The notes under the pieces were generated by a model. It had not been told where the DNA came from. It did not search any database and saw nothing but the letters and a program-made list of their open reading frames with translations. A stretch of 64,000 nucleotides of DNA from a bacterium. GTDB lineage: Bacteria; Patescibacteriota; Minisyncoccia; Phycocordibacterales; UBA9973. How positions within the stretch are numbered: the first letter of the stretch is position 1; the number at the start of each line of letters is the position of its first letter. Location of the stretch: assembly GCA_027484965.1 (NCBI GenBank), contig JAIXRY010000015.1:1622-65621 (forward strand), read 5' to 3'. This document shows, piece after piece, positions 40,091-48,746 of this stretch. The position numbers and the translations under genes were made by a program.

Positions 40091-40549
40091 TTAGTCTATT
40101 TTTGTATATCCGTATGCAAAAAAAGATTTTAACCTTCCTATAGTTTCTCCTTGAAACTCGACCTCGCTATCCTTAACTTCCTTTTTATGTTTTATTGAAG
40201 CAAGAACTATATGCTTACCATTGATACAATACATAATTCTTAAGCCATAACGAGCACCTTCCTTATCTACTGCCCATCTCATTTTCCAAAGAACCCAATC
40301 TTCTGATAAAAATGGCTGTTGTCCATTTTTATCATTATTAGGTATTTCATTTGGTGTACTGAACTTATTTTTAATTGTACTTGAAATCTGCCTTAAAATT
40401 GGAATAGTAGATATTTTCTCTGAAACAGAAAGTTTTTCGAACTCATCCTGAGTTAAGTCACACTCTAAAAAAGTGGGTTTTATATGTTTAGAAAGTTTTT
40501 TGACGTCTTTCCAAAAATCAGGGCAAGTAAATAGGGTGCAATCATCCAT
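40091..40549 (-). CDS. Putative toxin, RelE/ParE-like
   Basis: FWKDVKKL..WKMRW..GARYGLRIMY..IKHK pattern; downstream of the antitoxin. Confidence 0.6.
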   Translation of the reverse strand: MDDCTLFTCPDFWKDVKKLSKHIKPTFLECDLTQDEFEKLSVSEKISTIPILRQISSTIKNKFSTPNEIPNNDKNGQQPFLSEDWVLWKMRWAVDKEGARYGLRIMYCINGKHIVLASIKHKKEVKDSEVEFQGETIGRLKSFFAYGYTKID

Positions 40550-40558
40550 TTTAGTAAT

Positions 40559-41026
40559 CTAAGCATTTTGATAATCAGGATATTCTTCAACCAAGTTGTA
40601 AGCGGTATTATATTCTACTACTCCTCCTTCATTAGCTGAAAGATAAGGTATTTGTTTGTGAGTAATATCTGCCAATATATTATAAGAATAGTTTGCGTAT
40701 TTATTTAAAACATACTTAACTGTTTTAATCTCCTTAGCATCTAGCCCTACATTAACATTATCTTTTGGGCAATACTCAAACTGACCTTTCTTTTCTATTA
40801 GACCACTACGTACAAGTACGTTTAGATCGGCATTAAAGGAACGCGCCAAAGGACCATATGTTCTCTTTTCATAAATACTTTCAATGTCAGAAATCGGTTC
40901 ATCATTAAAAGCATAGTGAATAAAATCAGAAAAGTATTGAAACTTTGCTAATTTAATTTTATCGTCAATACCGTTAGTTTCTTGAATTATTGTATATAGA
41001 AGTTTTTGAGATTTAGTGAGGTCCAT
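40559..41026 (-). CDS. Panacea/SocA (DUF4065) antitoxin
   Basis: KLAKFQYFSDF, PIS, YGP, L.DITH..PY. Confidence 0.8.
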   Translation of the reverse strand: MDLTKSQKLLYTIIQETNGIDDKIKLAKFQYFSDFIHYAFNDEPISDIESIYEKRTYGPLARSFNADLNVLVRSGLIEKKGQFEYCPKDNVNVGLDAKEIKTVKYVLNKYANYSYNILADITHKQIPYLSANEGGVVEYNTAYNLVEEYPDYQNA

Positions 41027-41229
41027 ACTTATATTATTATACACTAATCTAGTAAAGGAATGTAATTCCAAAATCAAGTGTGAATAACATAATATAGTAT
41101 AATTTATATTATGTCAAGTATTATAGTACTTTGTCAGTCATTATAAAATTAAAGACAAGCATAAAACTACTTTTTTATATTTAAAACTTTCTTAACTTAA
41201 TGATATCAATCAATAAAGAATGGTCAAGA

Positions 41230-43521
41230 TTAAATTAAAATATCACTCAAGTTTTTCCAACCCTTAAGAGCTGTGGTGTACTCATATTCGGCGCTAGTAT
41301 TGATTTTCCAGCCATTTGAGCCATCTTGAACAGCTATACCGCCATAGTAACCTTTCTTACTTTTGAGCCACGCTTGGAGCGATTCAGCGCGTTCTTTCGC
41401 CCCTTTTGCAGTATCTCCACCTTTAGTATCAATAATGTAGATACCTTTTTTAGTTTTTATAATCCAATCAGGGTAAAACAAACTCTCTTTATTCTTTGTT
41501 GTGTCGTGATAGGGAATAGAAAAAAACTCGCTACCTAAATCACCATTCTTATACCACCAAATAATAGAGTCATTTTCTTCAAGAGATTTTATAAAGTTTG
41601 TTTCATTTTTTCTGCCAGTATATTCTTTCTCAATAAAAAATGGTTGCATAGCACTTTTCTTAACTTTCATTTCTTCATATTGGTCAGTATAAAAAAGTGA
41701 TGGTCTTGGTATTTCAATTTGTTCGGTCCTCTTTGAGCGATCTGATTTACGGTTTACTTCTTGCTCTCGAATCGGACGATATGTCGCTAATGCTTTACCG
41801 ATAACATTACTTAAAACACTATTTACCTTTAGAAAATCACCGACAACAATATGGTATATTTCTAATCTTTGTTCTTTCAATAATCCAAGAAGCCACACAT
41901 TCAAAGCGGTCTTTAATTTACCCCAAGAACGCTCTGGAGCAAACTTTTTATCCTCATCAATTTGCTTAGCAATACTATTGAAACAAAACAGATTATATAA
42001 TCTTTCTAAATCGTGCTGAGACATTTCTTGCTCATAACTACTACCTTCAGCAAGAAGCTCTTGTTTGAAGTTATCGTAATCATCAATCTCAACATCAACA
42101 ATCAAACCATTCGTCACTCTTTTATTTAAGACAAGTTTCTTATCAGTCAATTTTTTTATGATATTTGCTTTTGTGTCTTTCTCAGAAATACTAAAATACT
42201 CATTAGCTGTTTCCTTGAAAGTTTCTTGAAAACTATCACCTAAGTCATTGTAATCAGTTCGGCTCATAAACACAGAATCAAGGACTATTGGCTCAACAGA
42301 CGGGTTACGATAACTACTATTTATTGCTGGTCTATTTTGGTCAGCAGATTTTGAATATCCTACAAGCACCTCATTGCGTTTATAGTTTGTATATAAATAA
42401 CCAAGATTAAGTTCTGGTATTGCGAAATGTGTACCTAGTGGCATACGCAATATACGCCCTACTGTTTGAATAGCAAAAGTAGCATTCTTTATTTCTCTAA
42501 ACATAACTAAGACACTTGCTCGTGGACAATCCCAACCAGTAGCTACTGCTTGTTTAAATAGTAAAAAAGAAACTGGAGAATTGTGACTTTCTATATCCTT
42601 AAGATTAACCTTGTCGTCAGATAGCCAGACCGCTATTTCGTCTTCTGTAATACCTTTAGCTTTTAGAAAACTAATAATGAAACCTTGTTTATTATCATTT
42701 GTACCCTTACTTGCTTTGTCATCGTTTGGTAATTGAATTAAAACTAAAGGATTTATATCAAGTTTTAGTTTATCCTTATAAAAATCTAAAAGTTCTTTTC
42801 TTTTATTAAAAGCTAAAGTGAGTAATGCATCACTATCATTCAAATCTTTCATTTCTTCTAAATCTTCTTTTGTTTGAAAAACGATTTTCTCTTTAATCAA
42901 TCCCTCTCTAACGACATCTTTGCGATCCACATCAACAGTAATACCTTTGGTTTGAGGAGTAGCAGAAACACCAATAATGATTCTTGGCTTAATAACATTC
43001 TTGATTAAATCACTCGCTAGAACTGTATCTGAAGCAATATGTTCTTCATCAATAATCAACACAACATCACGCTTAAGTAAATGTGTGTTTTCTAAATACA
43101 TATCAAAAGTAGTATTAGCTTCACCTTCAGTACGAAGTTTCCTATTGTCTTTTGATCTTGAAACAAGTTTTTGCCAGTTTATAAAAAACACTCCATTTTT
43201 AGGTAGATTCCCGTCTCGTAAATTATTCATATCCACAAGAGGATTTTCACTCGCTCCACCATAATAAGAAAAAAGTTTCTCTTTTGACTGCATTGCGAGA
43301 GAATCTGAGTTTGTTATCCAAATAAAACTAACATTAGCACTAGAAAATCTTGGATCAGAAACAATATCTCTTAAGAACTGAGCCATCATTATTGTTTTAC
43401 CTGAACCAGTAGGAGATTTGAAAGTCAGGTTCACATTAGTATCGCCAAGTTTCCATAAAGTTAGAAACTTATCTTTAAGTTGTGATATGGCTGTTTCTTG
43501 AAATGGTTTTAGTGTAAGCAT
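41230..43521 (-). CDS. Type III restriction-like helicase-nuclease (Res)
   Basis: PTGSGKT, IDEEH, GWDCPRA, QTVGRILR, C-terminal FYPDWII..IIDTKG. Confidence 0.9.
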   Translation of the reverse strand: MLTLKPFQETAISQLKDKFLTLWKLGDTNVNLTFKSPTGSGKTIMMAQFLRDIVSDPRFSSANVSFIWITNSDSLAMQSKEKLFSYYGGASENPLVDMNNLRDGNLPKNGVFFINWQKLVSRSKDNRKLRTEGEANTTFDMYLENTHLLKRDVVLIIDEEHIASDTVLASDLIKNVIKPRIIIGVSATPQTKGITVDVDRKDVVREGLIKEKIVFQTKEDLEEMKDLNDSDALLTLAFNKRKELLDFYKDKLKLDINPLVLIQLPNDDKASKGTNDNKQGFIISFLKAKGITEDEIAVWLSDDKVNLKDIESHNSPVSFLLFKQAVATGWDCPRASVLVMFREIKNATFAIQTVGRILRMPLGTHFAIPELNLGYLYTNYKRNEVLVGYSKSADQNRPAINSSYRNPSVEPIVLDSVFMSRTDYNDLGDSFQETFKETANEYFSISEKDTKANIIKKLTDKKLVLNKRVTNGLIVDVEIDDYDNFKQELLAEGSSYEQEMSQHDLERLYNLFCFNSIAKQIDEDKKFAPERSWGKLKTALNVWLLGLLKEQRLEIYHIVVGDFLKVNSVLSNVIGKALATYRPIREQEVNRKSDRSKRTEQIEIPRPSLFYTDQYEEMKVKKSAMQPFFIEKEYTGRKNETNFIKSLEENDSIIWWYKNGDLGSEFFSIPYHDTTKNKESLFYPDWIIKTKKGIYIIDTKGGDTAKGAKERAESLQAWLKSKKGYYGGIAVQDGSNGWKINTSAEYEYTTALKGWKNLSDILI

Positions 43522-43525
43522 AAAA

Positions 43526-45214
43526 TTATAGACGATTTATTTCTTTATAAACTTCAAGGATAGGTTCAGGAATATCCTCGACACGAATCAAACTTGAACT
43601 ATATTCATTCTTATACTCATTTTTACCCCAACCAAAAACATAAAGAACTGCTGGAGTTTTTTCTTTCTCTAGCTTAGAAATAAGTTCTTTAATTTTTGAC
43701 TTATCTTCTTTGAAGTAAATAGCTGTCTTTTTATTAACGCCTTCAAAAACCTGATACCATTCATTTTTCTCTATTTCATTGAGGGTGTCCTCACGAACAG
43801 CAATCATTTCACCTGCTTGATAAGTGACTTTAATTTTGGCTTCATCAGAAATCTTATGCAGTTTATCTACATTTACAAGATCAGTTTTGTAATACGATAA
43901 ATTACCACCAAGACCATCAACCTTTTCGCCTTTCTTATTTTTGTATCCCTTAATAACTCTTTTTATACGCTCATAAGTCACTTCCTCACAGATATTATTT
44001 TCATTGTTAGTACAAAGAATAAACTTGCGATTACCACCATCTTGCTTATTGAGTTCAAGTACGGCGTGTCCTGTTGTACCAGAGCCAGCAAAGAAATCTA
44101 GGACAAGACCATTTTTATTCTGTTCTACAGCAGTAAGACATTCTTTAACTAAATGCAGTGATTTTGGAAATGGGAACTTGTCAGGAAGTATTTGTGATAG
44201 TAGCTGAGTGCCATAGATATTTGCATTAAACTTAGAATCATCCCAAACTGTTTTTCTAATATAGTTTTTCTTTCCACGTAAAATGGAGTATTGCTCACCT
44301 TGTTTTTTGGCAACAAGTTCATCAGCTATTGTTTCAACAGTATCTCTAGCAAATCTCCATCTTCGCTCTATTCCGTTTCCGTCTATAGGGTAAATATAAA
44401 TAAGACCATTTTTTAGCTCATTTGCTAATTTTGGATGAAATGTATCTTTGGGGACATCTCCAAATCCAACAATTTTATTTCCATCAAATATAATTGAATA
44501 AAAACAATTAGGTGACCCTTCTCTTTTTGAGTTTTCTTTACCCCAATCTCTAAATGGAGTCAGTTCCTCACCAGAACGCAATTCTGGATTTATATATCCA
44601 CTTTGTTTTGGATAAACAAAATAAATGTATTCGTGATTATAAGAAAAGTTTGTTCCTTGAATTCCTCCTTGGTTGTGAATTACAGTTACACAGTCTATTG
44701 CCCAGCCATAAAAGATTTCTTGTAGTAAAAGACCTAATGTATTTAATTCGTTCTCATCAATAGCACACACTAACGCACCCTTAGGAGAGAGTAATCCCTT
44801 AGCGAGTTTTAATCTTGAGTACATCATAGACAACCATTTACTGTGCCTAAAATCATCTTCTTTGTCTATATAATCATTATTATAACGCCAACTATTATTT
44901 CCAGTATTATATGGGGGATCAATATAAATAACATCAATCTTGCTTTTGTGTGTATAGTTCAAAACAGAAAGAGAGTGATAATTGTCACCCTCAATCAAAA
45001 GATTGCTTGGCGCTGAATTATCAGAAACAATTTTTCTATTCTTAACTTCTCTAAGAATTGGTATATTCTCTTTGCATTGTAAAACAACATCTTCTGGTTT
45101 ATCTTCCCAGATGAGTCCATATTTTTTATCCTTGAGTTTTTTAATTTCTAACTCAAGTTCTGAAATACGAGCAAGAAGCTCTTTTTCGTGTAATTGTAAT
45201 TTATTTGTAGACAC
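43526..45214 (-). CDS. Type III-like adenine DNA methyltransferase (Mod)
   Basis: IEGDNY, YIDPPYNTG, FPKS, LDFFAGSGTTGHAV. Confidence 0.93.
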   Translation of the reverse strand: MSTNKLQLHEKELLARISELELEIKKLKDKKYGLIWEDKPEDVVLQCKENIPILREVKNRKIVSDNSAPSNLLIEGDNYHSLSVLNYTHKSKIDVIYIDPPYNTGNNSWRYNNDYIDKEDDFRHSKWLSMMYSRLKLAKGLLSPKGALVCAIDENELNTLGLLLQEIFYGWAIDCVTVIHNQGGIQGTNFSYNHEYIYFVYPKQSGYINPELRSGEELTPFRDWGKENSKREGSPNCFYSIIFDGNKIVGFGDVPKDTFHPKLANELKNGLIYIYPIDGNGIERRWRFARDTVETIADELVAKKQGEQYSILRGKKNYIRKTVWDDSKFNANIYGTQLLSQILPDKFPFPKSLHLVKECLTAVEQNKNGLVLDFFAGSGTTGHAVLELNKQDGGNRKFILCTNNENNICEEVTYERIKRVIKGYKNKKGEKVDGLGGNLSYYKTDLVNVDKLHKISDEAKIKVTYQAGEMIAVREDTLNEIEKNEWYQVFEGVNKKTAIYFKEDKSKIKELISKLEKEKTPAVLYVFGWGKNEYKNEYSSSLIRVEDIPEPILEVYKEINRL

Positions 45215-45217
45215 AAA

Positions 45218-45361
45218 AGGGATGGGTTTTTTGTCTTGTAAAAGCTGGCTACGAAATCACAGAACCCCGCGCCAGCCTGAGCTTTTTACAGCCCCATATC
45301 AGTTTCCCGATATGACCCATCCCTGAGTAGCTGAACGCGGGGTTCAGTATCAGGGATGGGT
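45218..45361 (-). promoter_or_regulatory. Structured leader of the mod-res operon with alternative pairings
   Basis: GC-rich; acccatccct/agggatgggt segments at three sites, GAAA hairpin, complementary gaaccccgcg/cgcggggttc pair. Confidence 0.65.
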
Positions 45362-45519
45362 GTTTTATACCGTATCTATCAATTTTTACATTAAATAGAC
45401 CTTAGGTAAATTAAATTGTCTTGTCTTTTTAGGACAATTTTAGTATAGCAAAAAACACTTAATTTTCATAGTCAAATATGATAAAATGCTTATGGTTTAA
45501 TACCAATTACAATTACTCA

Positions 45520-46791
45520 ATGAATAAATTAAATCTAAAAGTTAAAGAGCAGATTGCGAGAGTTATTGGAGACAATTTTACTACTAATGAAATTGTTAAT
45601 GTCTTTACTGACGCGAATGTAAAAACAGATATATCTCTTTATGCAAAATGGAAGATAATTCTAAACGGGTTTAGTAATACATCTTCAGAAGAAGTGCTTT
45701 TTTATATTATTGAACAGTTTTGTCATCCTCTTAATTTTCCAGACACAGAAAGCAGATCTGACTTCATTATTAAATTAAACGAGATTCTTAAATATGAGTT
45801 TTTAGATTTAGTAGCCACAGAAAGAACAGTAAAAATTGTTGATATAAACGATGAAACTATACAAGAAAGAATACGAAAACCAGCAAAAACTTCAACTGAT
45901 TATATAGTAGATGCATTAAACTTTTTTAAGAATGAATACAATAAGGTTAGGATTTCTGGTTTAGATTATGAGTACTCATTAGGAGTAAATGCTAGTAGCG
46001 AAGAATTAGAATTAGACGATGGAGAAGAATATAACGCAAAACTTGAAGCCATAAAACGACTAAATAATGTTGGTTTAATTACTGAATATAAAATTGAAGA
46101 AAGAATGGAAAGTGGAGGATATTATGTTTGGGATTATGCTATTTGTAAAATAGACGAGCAAAAAATTACTGGTCAAGAAGAACCATTAGCTACAGATGCT
46201 GACATAAAATCAATAACCAAGAAAATAATACACGAACATACTCATAGATTTGAAAATAGTATTCAAGAAAAAGGAATTGATCTAAATATAAAAAATAAAG
46301 AAGATAATGTGGTTATAAAAAATAAAAAGAAAATCACATTACCTAGATTTCCAAGAACAGAATGGTCTAAAGTTTCAATAACACTTCTTGATGATACGAA
46401 TATGCTTCTTTCTGATGGAAAAAGCACGAAACCATCTTCTTTTGAGGGGATAGGTTGTGAGGATGGTAGAAATGGTAAACCAGATGAAAACTGGGCTTTT
46501 TTAGTAAGATTAGCTAAGGGTGATGGTCAAACAATTCCTATTTCCAAAAAAGAACGAGAGAGTAAGAAAAAACAAAAACAGAAGATTACAGACATTTTAA
46601 GGAAGATATTTCAAAACGAAACCGACCCTTTTGAAAATGAGTCAGGAGGAGTTTACAATGCAAAGTTTAATATAAAATATAATACTGACAAGAAAGAAAA
46701 AACTGATAGTAGATACTCTGATTTAGAGGATGTATTCTCTGAAATGACAGCGTCAACCGAAGAAGATATGAATAGTGATTTTTCACAATAA
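45520..46791 (+). CDS. Hypothetical island protein, AbiJ-NTD-like N-terminus
   Basis: KWK..IEQFCHP..KLNEIL pattern recalled from AbiJ N-terminal domains; not searched. Confidence 0.55.
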   Translation: MNKLNLKVKEQIARVIGDNFTTNEIVNVFTDANVKTDISLYAKWKIILNGFSNTSSEEVLFYIIEQFCHPLNFPDTESRSDFIIKLNEILKYEFLDLVATERTVKIVDINDETIQERIRKPAKTSTDYIVDALNFFKNEYNKVRISGLDYEYSLGVNASSEELELDDGEEYNAKLEAIKRLNNVGLITEYKIEERMESGGYYVWDYAICKIDEQKITGQEEPLATDADIKSITKKIIHEHTHRFENSIQEKGIDLNIKNKEDNVVIKNKKKITLPRFPRTEWSKVSITLLDDTNMLLSDGKSTKPSSFEGIGCEDGRNGKPDENWAFLVRLAKGDGQTIPISKKERESKKKQKQKITDILRKIFQNETDPFENESGGVYNAKFNIKYNTDKKEKTDSRYSDLEDVFSEMTASTEEDMNSDFSQ

Positions 46792-46917
46792 TATAAAATA
46801 GAGAAAAGTATAGAAGCCACAACATATTTCTGTTGTGGCTTTTTGCCCTTGTGATTTTTCGTCCCCTGTAAATGAGAGCTCGAAACTCTCATATTACAAA
46901 TCATTAGAAAAATTACT

Positions 46918-47181
46918 ATGAAAAGTAAAAAGATTTCTATAAGCGATCCATCGTCTGTGTTCACCACTTATGACTTAGGTTGCAGTACTGCACTTTTATG
47001 TGCAGATTTTGAGCTTTTGACGATTGAGAAAGACGATCCAAGAAAAGCTCTTTTTGTATTCCATAAGAAAAGTGGAATAGAAGAAACAGCAAATAAGTAT
47101 TTTGCTGATAAATTAGATGTCAAAGCAAGGTCGTATTTTGACAACTTGAAAGCTCTAAAAAATAAGCTGTACGGAAACTAA
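46918..47181 (+). CDS. Small island protein (DUF5659-like)
   Basis: TYDLGCSTALL..F.F..YF..LKALKNKLY. Confidence 0.65.
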   Translation: MKSKKISISDPSSVFTTYDLGCSTALLCADFELLTIEKDDPRKALFVFHKKSGIEETANKYFADKLDVKARSYFDNLKALKNKLYGN

Positions 47182-47184
47182 TCT

Positions 47185-47391
47185 ATGATGTTGTCAGATG
47201 AAAACATTATAGTATTTCAAAAACTCTATAAAGAGCATTTTGGAAAAGACATAAGTAAAGAAGATGCATATAAACAAGGCACAAAGTTTTTACGATTGAT
47301 GTCTTTGGTGTATCGTCCGATGACACGAGAAGAGTTTCAGTTTGCTCAAGAACGACAAGCAGAATCTTTGCGAAAGCAAAGAATTCCTTGA
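47185..47391 (+). CDS. Small hypothetical island protein
   Basis: LSDE..FQKLYKEHFGKDIS.EDA; tightly coupled to neighbours. Confidence 0.65.
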   Translation: MMLSDENIIVFQKLYKEHFGKDISKEDAYKQGTKFLRLMSLVYRPMTREEFQFAQERQAESLRKQRIP

Positions 47392-48608
47392 AAAACACCG
47401 ACAACATAAAAATCATTATGGATACTATTATTATAAAAATACACGGTCCCAATAAGTTTGATTTTAAAGATAGGTCACTATTTCTACCAGAGATAAATCC
47501 TAGAAAATATGCAGATTTGTCACCTAGTGAAGTACGATCACGAAACTCGTCGCGCCCGTACCTCAGGAAGTTTGTCCTATATCCTAAGGCAAGCGATGAC
47601 TACATACCTAGAGTTGAAGTATTTGAAACTTTATTAAAAGATCGTAATTTCGTTGTTTATATTATGAAAATCACTTTTTCAGCCCCAAAACTACTTTATT
47701 GGAATAGTTTGCAGGAGGTAGGAGAAAAAGATAAAGATAAACTGTTTTATGCTTTGCGGATGTCTCTTGAGAATGTTGGTATCGGGGTAGAGACTGAATC
47801 TCTCGCGAACGCAACACTGGAGGCTGTGCACGTATGTAAAAATATACCTTTACCTAAAACGATAAAAATGCGAGATATAATCAATGAATTGGCGAAAATA
47901 GATATTAGTAAGGCATTTGATGTATCGGACAAGCAAGACAAAAAAGGTGCACGGGTGCTTAATATACACTCGGGGACAGTGGAATGGTCCTTGTACGATA
48001 AGATTTCAGATTCTATTCGTCCCAATAATAAACGTAGTGATAAGGGGCGTATGGGTGAAGAAAAAACAATTGTTGGAATATATAACCTACAAGACAGAGA
48101 AGTATTCCGTTACGAGTATCGTTTAAAGAAAACACAAACAACAAAAAGAGAAATAAATAAATTACTTAAAAGAGATTCCAAAACACCAGTCATTTTTAAA
48201 GATCTCTTTACTCCTGATTTGCTCAAAAAATTAGTACTCAATTCTTGGTACTTTATAGTAAATAAACCAGAAAATCAGCTTGCTCTATTTAGTGAAATAA
48301 ACAAATTAAAACTTTTACTGCACATACTCTCTGAGGCAAGTAAAAATGGTAAAAAAGCTCATAGTATGGATAATGCTTTTGTCTCATATGGACTAGCGAC
48401 TGTTATGCACGACGTTGGAGCAAAAGAGGTAAAAGGAGCTGTATTCGATGTCTGGAATAAAGATCATCCTGAGCGACTTACAAAGAAAATAAAGACAGCA
48501 TTAGATTTAATGAAAGGACTACCAATATCTCACAATATCGCTTTCATCGACTCTGAACTTGAAAAGTTTGAACTTATTAGCTTGGCTTCATTACAAAAAG
48601 GTATATAA
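47388..48608 (+). CDS. Putative replication initiator/relaxase (Rep_trans-like)
   Basis: FSAPKLLY.N, LYDK and FRYEYRL motifs; start TTG 47388 or ATG 47418. Confidence 0.55.
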   Translation: MKNTDNIKIIMDTIIIKIHGPNKFDFKDRSLFLPEINPRKYADLSPSEVRSRNSSRPYLRKFVLYPKASDDYIPRVEVFETLLKDRNFVVYIMKITFSAPKLLYWNSLQEVGEKDKDKLFYALRMSLENVGIGVETESLANATLEAVHVCKNIPLPKTIKMRDIINELAKIDISKAFDVSDKQDKKGARVLNIHSGTVEWSLYDKISDSIRPNNKRSDKGRMGEEKTIVGIYNLQDREVFRYEYRLKKTQTTKREINKLLKRDSKTPVIFKDLFTPDLLKKLVLNSWYFIVNKPENQLALFSEINKLKLLLHILSEASKNGKKAHSMDNAFVSYGLATVMHDVGAKEVKGAVFDVWNKDHPERLTKKIKTALDLMKGLPISHNIAFIDSELEKFELISLASLQKGI

Positions 48609-48730
48609 TGTAAACATCTACCCGTTTTTATGCAAAAGTATTTTTATTATAGACAACTTATGTTTTCTATACAGATGGGCATCCTTGTCCGCTTTGCTTT
48701 TGCAAACGGGTAGAGCAAGGATGCCCTTTT
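48604..48730 (+). promoter_or_regulatory. Promoter and attenuator-like leader of the recombinase gene
   Basis: TATAAT 48604-48609; terminator-like gggcatccttg..caaggatgccc-tttt; competing 48617-48627/48704-48714 pairing. Confidence 0.55.
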
Positions 48731-48746
48731 GTGTACTATAATAATT

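Noticed and set aside
45218-45361. SAM riboswitch upstream of the methyltransferase
   Set aside because: I could not find SAM-I or SAM-II core motifs; it is kept only as an unclassified structured leader.
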